The notes below the pieces were generated by a model. The model was not told the DNA's origin and did not search any database. It saw only the letters and a program-made list of their open reading frames with translations. Positions 16,202 through 24,117 of a stretch of 41,407 nt of DNA are shown here, piece by piece (position 1 is the first letter of the stretch; every line of letters starts with the position of its first letter). Origin of the DNA: Actinomycetota bacterium. Lineage in GTDB: Bacteria > Actinomycetota > Actinomycetes > JAKEEW01. Where the stretch lies: NCBI GenBank assembly GCA_046725875.1, contig JBKOZJ010000164.1, forward strand, positions 1 through 41,407. The letters are read 5' to 3'. The position numbers and the translations under genes are program-made.

Positions 16202-18433
16202 TCAGTAGGCGGCCAGGCGCCGCGCGGCCTCGACCACCTTGTCGACGGTCGGGATGACCTGTTCTTCCAGCGTGTCCGCAAACGGCAGCGGCACGTTGGC
16301 CGCCGCGACCCGCTTGATCGGGGCGTCGAGCAGCTCGAACCCCTCATCCGCCACGACCGAGACGACCGTGGCGCCCCAGCCACCCTGGTAGGGGTTCTCC
16401 TCGACGACCATGAGCTTGGAGGTTCGGTCCAGTGAGCGCAGAACGGCCTCCACATCGAGCGGTATGAGACAGCGCAGGTCGAGCACCTCGACGGAGACGC
16501 CGTCCCGGGCGAGTTCCTCGGCAGCGGCGAGCGCAATTGGGACCGTCGCCGCGAGCGCCACGATCGTCATGTCGCTGCCCTCCCGGCGGACCGCGGCCCG
16601 GCCGAGCTCGATCACATGGTCCGGTGGCGCCGGCGCACCCTTGCTCGCGAGCAACCCCTTGTGCTCGAAGAAGATGACCGGGTCATCGCTGCGGATCGCG
16701 GCCGCCATCAGCCCGATCACGTCCGAGGGTGTGGACGGTGCCACGATCTTGAGGCCGGGGACGGTGAGGACCCAGTTCTCCACCGACTGGGAATGCTGAG
16801 CGCCGAATCCCAGGCCGCCGCCGTTTGCTGTACGGATGACCAGGGGCACGGTCACCTGCCCGCCGGTCATGTAGCGCACCTTCGGGATCTCGTTCGCCAC
16901 ATAGTCCCAGCAGCAGGCGAGAAAGTCGCTGAACATGATCTCCGCGACGGGCCGCGTGCCGGTCATCGCCGCGCCCATCGCGGCTCCGACGATCGCCTGC
17001 TCGGATATCGGCGTGTCCCAGATGCGGTTTGGGCCGAACTCCTGGAACAGCCCCACCGTCGTTTTGAACACACCCTCGGCCGCGCCGATGTCCTCGCCGA
17101 GGCAGACGACGCTCGGGTCGCGGCGCATCTCACGCGCGATGCCCTCGGCCACCGCCTCGCGATAGGTGATCGGCTCGGCCGGTTGATCTGAGTCGAGCGC
17201 GGCGGGGGCCGCGCCGGCGGGGCGCTCGGCATTGTCGGCGAGGACGCCCCCACTCGAGCTCCCCGTTGTTTGCCTCGCCGCGCCGGCGCGGGCTGCGGCG
17301 TCGCGGGGGGTGGATCCGCCCATCCGCCACTCCGCGCCACCGTCAGACCAAACGTCGGTGAACGCCTGCGCTGGATCAGGCCCCGGGGCGTTCTTGGCGG
17401 CATCGACTGCTTCGTCGACGATGCGAGCCGCCCGTTCGTCCGCATCGGCGATGTCCTCGTGCTTAACGCCAAGCGCCTCGAGGTGCGCTCGGGCGACCTC
17501 GAGCGGGTCGTGCTTGAGCCACCGCTCAACCTCTTCCCGCGGCCGGTACTTTGCCGGGTCGGCTCGGCTGTGCCCGAAGTGCCGGTAGGTCTGTGCCTCG
17601 ATCAGCGTCGGACCGCCGCCTCGCCGCGCACGGTCGACGGCGCGAGCGACCGCGTCCTTGACCACCACGACGTCGTTCCCGTCGATGATCTCCGCGGGCA
17701 TCCGATAGGCCTCGGCCCTATCGGCCGCGGGGTTTTCGGCGGCGGTAACGCTCCCGATCGGCGTGTACTCCATATAGAGGTTGTTCTCGCAGACGAAGAT
17801 GACGGGCAGCTCCCACACCGACGCGAGGTTGAGTGCTTCGTGGAACGCGCCGATGTTCGTCGCGCCATCGCCGAAGAAGGCGACCGCAACTTGGTGGCTG
17901 CCGCGCAAACGGGCCGACCATGCCGCACCGGCGGCCATCGGGAGATGCGATCCCACGATGGCGTACGACCCGAGCATGCTGACGGCCGCCTTGGTTAGGT
18001 GCATCGAGCCGCCCTTCGCCCGGCACAGCCCAGTCGCCTTGCTCATCAGTTCGGCGAGGCACTCCTCGGCGGAGGCGCCGCGGGCCATCGCATGATGATG
18101 ACCGCGGTAGGTCGCATAGACATAGTCGTCGGGTCGCAGAGCGCCGCTCGCGCCGACCGCAACCGCCTCGTGCCCCGCCGCAAGGTGGGTGGTGCCCTTG
18201 ACGAGGCCGGACATGAAGAGGTCGTGGGCGGCCTGCTCCGTGCGCCGGATCACCACCATCTGCTCGTAGAGCGCGAGGAGCTCATCCGGCCCGATGCTAG
18301 CCACCTGGGTCGTCCCGTTGTTCGGCTCCTCGCCACGGCTAGCCGCGCTTGCGTGGCGTCCGTACGAGGCCTTATCTGGTGCGGCATCGCCTGACGGGTG
18401 AGCACTGGGCTCGGAACGGGGTCCCTCGCTCAT
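16202..18433 (-). CDS. Fused TPP-dependent 2-oxoacid/acetoin dehydrogenase E1 alpha+beta
   Basis: Alpha half: TYRGHH, KGGSMH, GDGATN...ENN (TPP motif), YRHFGHS. Beta half: TYREAV, GEDIG, DTPISEQ, PVAEIMFSDF, GAQHSQ, DPVIFFEHK. The halves are joined by a ~50-aa Ala/Gly-rich linker. Confidence 0.92.
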   Translation of the reverse strand: MSEGPRSEPSAHPSGDAAPDKASYGRHASAASRGEEPNNGTTQVASIGPDELLALYEQMVVIRRTEQAAHDLFMSGLVKGTTHLAAGHEAVAVGASGALRPDDYVYATYRGHHHAMARGASAEECLAELMSKATGLCRAKGGSMHLTKAAVSMLGSYAIVGSHLPMAAGAAWSARLRGSHQVAVAFFGDGATNIGAFHEALNLASVWELPVIFVCENNLYMEYTPIGSVTAAENPAADRAEAYRMPAEIIDGNDVVVVKDAVARAVDRARRGGGPTLIEAQTYRHFGHSRADPAKYRPREEVERWLKHDPLEVARAHLEALGVKHEDIADADERAARIVDEAVDAAKNAPGPDPAQAFTDVWSDGGAEWRMGGSTPRDAAARAGAARQTTGSSSGGVLADNAERPAGAAPAALDSDQPAEPITYREAVAEGIAREMRRDPSVVCLGEDIGAAEGVFKTTVGLFQEFGPNRIWDTPISEQAIVGAAMGAAMTGTRPVAEIMFSDFLACCWDYVANEIPKVRYMTGGQVTVPLVIRTANGGGLGFGAQHSQSVENWVLTVPGLKIVAPSTPSDVIGLMAAAIRSDDPVIFFEHKGLLASKGAPAPPDHVIELGRAAVRREGSDMTIVALAATVPIALAAAEELARDGVSVEVLDLRCLIPLDVEAVLRSLDRTSKLMVVEENPYQGGWGATVVSVVADEGFELLDAPIKRVAAANVPLPFADTLEEQVIPTVDKVVEAARRLAAY

Positions 18434-19797
18434 CGGGTCTCACCATTCGATGTGGACTGGTCGGCGCTGCGGTTCTCCGCAGGGACCTGCTGGATTCTTG
18501 ACCCCCGATCGAGGTTCGACTGTGCTTCGCGCAGGGTGTTCAGCTGGCCGCCCGCGGTCCAGTACTTCCGGCCGGCGACGAGGAGCTCCTCGGCGGGGAA
18601 CTTGGTGATGACTTCGCATCCGTCCGCCGTGACGACAACCTCCTCCTCGATCCGCGCCGCCGACCAGCCGTCGGAAGCCGGCCAATAGGTCTCCAGCGCG
18701 AAGACCATGCCTTCCTCGAGCACTTCGGGATGCTCGAGCGAGACGAGCCGGCTGAAGATCGGCTTCTCCCAGATGGCCAGCCCGACTCCGTGGCCGTACT
18801 GCAACGCGAACGCGGCCATCTCGTCCGCGAAGCCAAACTCCTCGGCCCGCGGCCAGACCGACACTATGTCGGCGGTCGTCGCGCCCGGCTTGACCAGAGC
18901 GATTGCTTCGTCCATGTACTCGCGGCAACGAACGTAGGCGTCCCGCATCGCCGGGGATGCGCTCCCGACTGCGAAGCAGCGGTAGTAGCACGTGCGGTAG
19001 CCGAGATGGCTGTGCAGTATGTCGAAGAAGGCCGGGTCGCCGGGGCGGATGAGGCGGTCGGAGTGGACGTGCGGGTGCGGCGAGCAGCGCTCGCCGGAGA
19101 TGGCGTTGACGCCTTCGACGTACTCGCTGCCGAGGTCGTAGAGCACCTTGCTGACCAGGCCGACACATTCGTTCTCCCGCACCCCGGGGCGAAGGAACGC
19201 GTAGAGTTCCTCGTAGGCAGCGTCGACCATCGAGCACGCCTGGGTGAGAAGCGCGATCTCGTCCTGGGTTTTGATCCGGCGGGCCTCCAGGAAGACCTGC
19301 TGGCCGTCGACCACATCGAGACCTTCGGCGTGGAGCGCGGTGAGAACCGGCATTTCGACCACGTCGACGCCGACCGGCGCGTCCCCGAGACCGTGCTCAC
19401 GCAGGACCGTGCCTACCTTCGTCGCCACATCGGCGGCGACTCCCGCGCCGGGGTGGAAGGCCCCCCGCAGGGTGGAGATGCCGGCTCTGGCCCGCGCGGC
19501 ACCGTCCAGCCAGGGGTTGTAGAGCTGGTGGTGGCGGGCCGCGGAGCCGAAGTCCCAGACGTAAGGCTCGCCGCCGCGGGGAAGTAGCGCGAACCGGATC
19601 AGCTTGTCCATCGCCCACGTGCCGATGTGGGTGGCGGTCAAGTAGCGGATATTGGAGAAGTCGAAGGTGAGCAGCGCGCCGAGGTCGGACTCTTCGAGCT
19701 TGGAGCGCAGCCGGGCCAGCCGGTCCCGGCGGAGCCGATCGACGTCGATCCGCTCTTCCCAGTCGACCGCGTTGGGACCGTAGGTCTTGATCGCCAC
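18430..19797 (-). CDS. M24B (Xaa-Pro peptidase/creatinase fold) hydrolase, variant active site
   Basis: NIRYLT, EARRIKTQDEI, FFDILHSHLGYRTCYYR, YGHGVGL, ALETY and ARIEEEVVVT. The stop overlaps the E1 ATG (ATGA). Confidence 0.9.
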   Translation of the reverse strand: MAIKTYGPNAVDWEERIDVDRLRRDRLARLRSKLEESDLGALLTFDFSNIRYLTATHIGTWAMDKLIRFALLPRGGEPYVWDFGSAARHHQLYNPWLDGAARARAGISTLRGAFHPGAGVAADVATKVGTVLREHGLGDAPVGVDVVEMPVLTALHAEGLDVVDGQQVFLEARRIKTQDEIALLTQACSMVDAAYEELYAFLRPGVRENECVGLVSKVLYDLGSEYVEGVNAISGERCSPHPHVHSDRLIRPGDPAFFDILHSHLGYRTCYYRCFAVGSASPAMRDAYVRCREYMDEAIALVKPGATTADIVSVWPRAEEFGFADEMAAFALQYGHGVGLAIWEKPIFSRLVSLEHPEVLEEGMVFALETYWPASDGWSAARIEEEVVVTADGCEVITKFPAEELLVAGRKYWTAGGQLNTLREAQSNLDRGSRIQQVPAENRSADQSTSNGETR

Positions 19798-20120
19798 TGT
19801 TCGCCTTCCATCGTCAAGGCCCCTGGGGTGACCCCTTGGAAACCTGCGTCAAGAGGGCAGGGGAGCGACTCCTGGAACCCCCGCCCTACCTGCTGCCCGG
19901 TGTGACCGGAGCACCCCGATTCGTGCCGGGCGTTTCCAGCGTCGTCCGCCTGGTCCCTTTGGCGTACGTTGTTCAGCGTGACTTACCGCAGTTAAACGGT
20001 GGGCATCATGGGCCGTCAAGATGCTGCATCTGGCCTGATCCCACGACTTTGAGGAGCTCAGGCCAATACCCACAGCGGTAACGTTCACTTGACAGTGCGC
20101 TGCAGAGGGAGAGCGAACCA

Positions 20121-20963
20121 ATGAGCCCCACGGCGGTACCCGCGATCGGGGAGCGCCTGCGGAAGCAGCGGGTACGTCGCGGCATCACCGTACGCGGGCT
20201 CGCCCGGGACATTGGCGTCTCCGCCAGCCTCATCTCCCAGATCGAGACGGACAAGAGCCAGCCGTCGGTCAGCACGCTTTACGCGATCACGACCGCGCTC
20301 GGAATCTCGATCGAGGAGCTCTTCGACGTGGACGGATCGGGAGCACGCCCGGAGGCCGGTGCCGACGGTCATCGCGAACGCGGTCTGCTGACTGCGGCGC
20401 CCGGCCTGGCTGCCGTGCCTGGTCCGGGCGTCCCTGGAGCCATTGCCGCGCAGCAAGCAGACGAGCAGCAAGCAGACGAGCAGCAAGCAGACGAGCAGCA
20501 AGCAGACGAGCAGCAAGCGGAGGAGCTCGTCACGGTGGCGGGCGCTGGTGACTCGGGGCGGATTCCCGATGTTGCCGCCGCGCTCCGGCTGCGAAGGATT
20601 GAGTCCGAACGTGATCGCAGGGTCGGACCCGTTGTCCGCGCGGCCGAACGCGAGATGCTCACCCTTGACTCTGGGGTGGTTTGGGAGCGACTTGGTCAGG
20701 TGCCGGGGACGCACGTCGACTTCCTGCGCATCACCTACCAACCAGGCGGCACGTCGTCCAGCTCGGGGCAGCTCATGCGCCACCCGGGGACCGAGTACGG
20801 GCATCTGATCAGCGGCGAACTAGTCCTCACTCTGGCGTTCGATGAATACCGGCTCGTCTCCGGCGACTCGGTGTCGTTCAACTCGACGAGCCCGCATGGC
20901 TACCGGAACGAGGGAACCGAGCCCGCGGTAGGGATCTGGTTCGTCCTCGAGCGGCTCGACTAG
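20121..20963 (+). CDS. XRE-family HTH + cupin regulator, divergent from the catabolic operon
   Basis: [40 protein letters not shown] and MRHPGTEYG...STSPHGYRN cupin. Confidence 0.92.
   Translation: MSPTAVPAIGERLRKQRVRRGITVRGLARDIGVSASLISQIETDKSQPSVSTLYAITTALGISIEELFDVDGSGARPEAGADGHRERGLLTAAPGLAAVPGPGVPGAIAAQQADEQQADEQQADEQQADEQQAEELVTVAGAGDSGRIPDVAAALRLRRIESERDRRVGPVVRAAEREMLTLDSGVVWERLGQVPGTHVDFLRITYQPGGTSSSSGQLMRHPGTEYGHLISGELVLTLAFDEYRLVSGDSVSFNSTSPHGYRNEGTEPAVGIWFVLERLD
20451..20525 (+). repeat. 15-bp tandem repeat (CAGCAAGCAGACGAG)x4 plus one variant, encoding QQADE
   Basis: Four perfect units at 20451-20510 and CAGCAAGCGGAGGAG at 20511-20525. Confidence 0.97.
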
Positions 20964-21101
20964 CGTCCGCTGTTAACGCACAGTGTCCCGGGAGGCGTGC
21001 GCAGTAGAACTGCACACTTTGACCGCCTCCGGCCCGGATCCGAGGTCGCTGGCCAGTGCCAACGGTGGCCACTAGGCGCTATGGCCGGTGTCGGACGACG
21101 C

Positions 21102-22298
21102 CTAGGTACTGCTGCCGGATTCGGCCTTTGGGTCTTCTCCTGTGGGGTTCTGCCCTACCGCCGCGAGGCTGGGATCCGTCACCTCGTATCGCCGTACATA
21201 GGTAGAGAGGAACGCCTGGAGGCTGGCCGCAATGGGGATGGCGATGAAGGCACCGATCGGGCCGAGCAGCAAGGCACCGGCAACGACCGCACCGAATGCG
21301 AGCGCCGGATGGATCTGCACGGTCCGTGAGGTGATCTTCGGCTGCAGGATGTAGTTCTCGAACTGCTGGTAGCACAGCATGAAGATGAAGATCCACAGCG
21401 CGTCGATCGGCTGCTCGGCGAGCGCGACGACAATCGGTACCAAGCCGGCCAAGTAGGTGCCGACGGTGGGGATGAACTGCGAGACCACGCCGACCCAGAT
21501 CGCCAGCGCGAGCGCGTTCGGGATGTCGAGTGCGAACAGCAGGATGTAGTGCGCGACGAAGGACACCAGCGCCATCAGTGCCCGCGAGTAGATGTAGCCG
21601 CCGGTCTTGTCGATGGCGATCTCCCATGCGCGCAGCACCTCGCCTTGGCGTGCCGGTGGAAAGAGCGAGACGACGTGCCGGCGGAACTGCGGACCCTCGG
21701 CAGACAGGTAGTAGGTAAAGAGCAGGATCGTGAAGAGCCGGAAGATGAACCCGATGACCGATGCGCCAAGGCCGAGCACGTTGGTCGCAATCTGCGACCC
21801 GTATCGCCCGAGGGTCGCGGAGTCCACGTTTATCCCGGACCGCAGGTCCTCGGATGACAGGTTGGTTCCGAAGGTGTTGTTGACCCACCTAATTACGCCG
21901 TCGATGTAGTCGGGCAGGTCCTTGGCGATGGTGTTGACCTCGCTGAAGAAAAGGCTGCCGAGGGCGAAGAAGAACCCGCCGAACAGAACGAATAGGACAA
22001 AGAAGACGATCAGGGTAGCTAGGCCGCGGCGCAGCCCCCGGCGGGCGAGCATGTTCACCGCAGGCTCGATCGCGAGCGCCAGGAAGAGCGAGAAAAGCAG
22101 CGATACGACCAGGCTCTGCAGGCGCTCGAACGCCCACTTACCGAGCAGGAAGGCCGCGACCCCGACGATCACGAAGACGATCAGCCGCGGGATCCACGGT
22201 GGCATTCCCCGCTGCCGCTGCATCGTCTCTTTAGGTGCCGGCAGTGCACCGAAATGTGGCGGCACGCCCGCCGCGTTCGTTCCTTCGCCGCTGGTCAT
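21102..22298 (-). CDS. AI-2E (PerM/TqsA) family transporter
   Basis: FLALAIEPAV, SQFIPTVGTY, YQQFENYILQPKI, IHPAL and LLGPIGAFIAIPIAA. Confidence 0.92.
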   Translation of the reverse strand: MTSGEGTNAAGVPPHFGALPAPKETMQRQRGMPPWIPRLIVFVIVGVAAFLLGKWAFERLQSLVVSLLFSLFLALAIEPAVNMLARRGLRRGLATLIVFFVLFVLFGGFFFALGSLFFSEVNTIAKDLPDYIDGVIRWVNNTFGTNLSSEDLRSGINVDSATLGRYGSQIATNVLGLGASVIGFIFRLFTILLFTYYLSAEGPQFRRHVVSLFPPARQGEVLRAWEIAIDKTGGYIYSRALMALVSFVAHYILLFALDIPNALALAIWVGVVSQFIPTVGTYLAGLVPIVVALAEQPIDALWIFIFMLCYQQFENYILQPKITSRTVQIHPALAFGAVVAGALLLGPIGAFIAIPIAASLQAFLSTYVRRYEVTDPSLAAVGQNPTGEDPKAESGSST

Positions 22299-22374
22299 CT
22301 GGTCTGCTCCCGCCCGAGTGCCCGCACTTGATGATCATCCTATGTCGCTCTCGCGTGCTAATCCGCCGCGCAGT

Positions 22375-22407
22375 TGACAGATGTCATCGTCAACATTGCG
22401 GCTGTCA
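22375..22407. promoter_or_regulatory. Candidate response-regulator site upstream of the ABC exporter
   Basis: Palindrome TGACA-GA-TGTCA (22375-22386) plus a further TGTCA 21 bp downstream (22403-22407). Confidence 0.55.
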
Positions 22408-22447
22408 GCACTATTTGCCCGACTCCCGGCCGGGCGACCCTGGGGCC

Positions 22448-23338
22448 ATGACATCAGCAGTGGAGATCACGGGAGTGCGCAAGCACTTCGGGCAGGTGCG
22501 CGCGGTTGATGGGGTGGACATCGACATCGCCGCGGGCGAGGTCGTCGCGCTCCTCGGCCCGAACGGTGCCGGGAAGTCCACGACCATCGACATGCTGCTC
22601 GGCCTGACAAAACCAGATGCCGGGCAGGTCCGCATCTTCGGGATGCCGCCGGAGAAGGCCACCGCGGCCGGTGCGGTGGGAGCGATGCTGCAGACCGGCT
22701 CGCTCATTCAAGGCCTCACCGTGCGCGAGCTCGTGGAAATGCTGGCCGCGCTTTATCAGAAGCCGTTGGGCATCGGCGACGTTCTCGACCGCGCATGCAT
22801 CCGTGACCTTGCCGACCGGCGTACGGGGAAGCTGTCCGGCGGGCAGACCCAACGGACGCGTTTCGCCCTGTCCCTCGTACCAGACCCGGACCTGCTTGTC
22901 CTGGACGAGCCCACCGTTGCCATGGACGTGGAGGCTCGGCACGCGTTCTGGTCCTCGATGCGGGAGTTCGCGGCGGCCGGCCGCGCCGTGTTGTTCGCCA
23001 CGCATTACCTAGACGAGGCTGACTCCTATGCCGACCGGATCGTGCTGATGAGCCACGGCCGGGTCGTCGCGGACGGCCCGACGACCGAGATCAAAGCCAC
23101 TGTGGGCGGCCGGACCATCCGAGCGACGCTGCCGGGTGCGGATGTCGCGGAGCTGAGCGCCCTGCCCGGCGTCGCCAGCGTCGAAGCACGAGGGGATGCA
23201 GTAGTGCTTCGCTGTTCCGATTCGGATGCGGCGCTCCACGCGTTGCTCGATCGCTTCCCGGCCGCGCGCGATGTAGAGGTCTCCGGTGCCGACCTGGAGC
23301 AGGCCTTCCTCACGCTCACGGAGGTTTCAGCACGATGA
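22448..23338 (+). CDS. ABC exporter ATP-binding subunit
   Basis: GPNGAGKST, LSGGQ, LVLDEPT and H-loop ATHYLDEA. ATG 22448 (MTSAVEITG). Confidence 0.95.
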   Translation: MTSAVEITGVRKHFGQVRAVDGVDIDIAAGEVVALLGPNGAGKSTTIDMLLGLTKPDAGQVRIFGMPPEKATAAGAVGAMLQTGSLIQGLTVRELVEMLAALYQKPLGIGDVLDRACIRDLADRRTGKLSGGQTQRTRFALSLVPDPDLLVLDEPTVAMDVEARHAFWSSMREFAAAGRAVLFATHYLDEADSYADRIVLMSHGRVVADGPTTEIKATVGGRTIRATLPGADVAELSALPGVASVEARGDAVVLRCSDSDAALHALLDRFPAARDVEVSGADLEQAFLTLTEVSAR

Positions 23339-24057
23339 CCAAGTACTTCCAGCTGGAGATTCTGCGGACCGTCCGCAACGGCCGCTACTTGATCTTCACG
23401 TTCGCCGTCCCGATGATCCTCTTTCTGGTCATCGGCGTGCCGAACAAGGACCAGCAAGCCGGCTCGGTCTCGCTCGCGACCTACTACATGACGAGCATGG
23501 CGCTTTACGCCGCGATGACGGCCGTCTTCACGTCGGGCGGGCGGATCGCGATGGAGCGAACGGTGGGCTGGCACCGGCAACTGCGGCTCACTGGACTGCC
23601 CGCCCGCTCCTACCTCATGTCAAAGATCGGTGTTGGGTACGTGACGGCTCTCCCGGGGATGCTGCTCGTCCTGGTGGCCGGTGCCACCACGCACAGCGCG
23701 GACATGCCCGTCGCCCGCTGGCTGTGGATCGTCCTGTCGATCCTGCTCGGCTTGGCCCCGATGGCCGCCCTCGGCGTGCTCGTCGGCTACCTCGCAACGG
23801 GCGAGTCGATTCAGCAGGTAACCGGACTCGTGCTGATGGTCGTCTCGCTGGTGAGCGGGATCTGGTTCGCCGTGGACGGTGGCTGGTTTCAGCGGGTCGC
23901 GGAGGTCTCCCCGCTCTATTGGGCGGGTCAAGCCGCGCGGGACGCGGTCCAGGGTGTCTGGGTCGGCTGGCACGCCGTTGCCGTCATCGCGATCTGGACG
24001 ATCGTGCTAGGCCGGCTGGCCGCTCGCCGCTACCAAGACGCGACCGCGCGCGCCTAG
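23335..24057 (+). CDS. ABC-2 type permease
   Basis: About 6 TM segments and IAMERTVGWHRQLRLT. ATGA overlap with the ATPase. Confidence 0.9.
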   Translation: MTKYFQLEILRTVRNGRYLIFTFAVPMILFLVIGVPNKDQQAGSVSLATYYMTSMALYAAMTAVFTSGGRIAMERTVGWHRQLRLTGLPARSYLMSKIGVGYVTALPGMLLVLVAGATTHSADMPVARWLWIVLSILLGLAPMAALGVLVGYLATGESIQQVTGLVLMVVSLVSGIWFAVDGGWFQRVAEVSPLYWAGQAARDAVQGVWVGWHAVAVIAIWTIVLGRLAARRYQDATARA

Positions 24058-24117
24058 CCGCGCTCGCCAACCGGCACACTCAAACCGGCCCCCCGCTCGC
24101 TGCGCCGTACGCTCGGC

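Noticed and set aside
16202..18433. Assigning pdhAB/acoAB/bkdAB to the E1 gene
   Set aside because: No E2/E3 neighbours and an unrelated operon context, so the substrate cannot be inferred.
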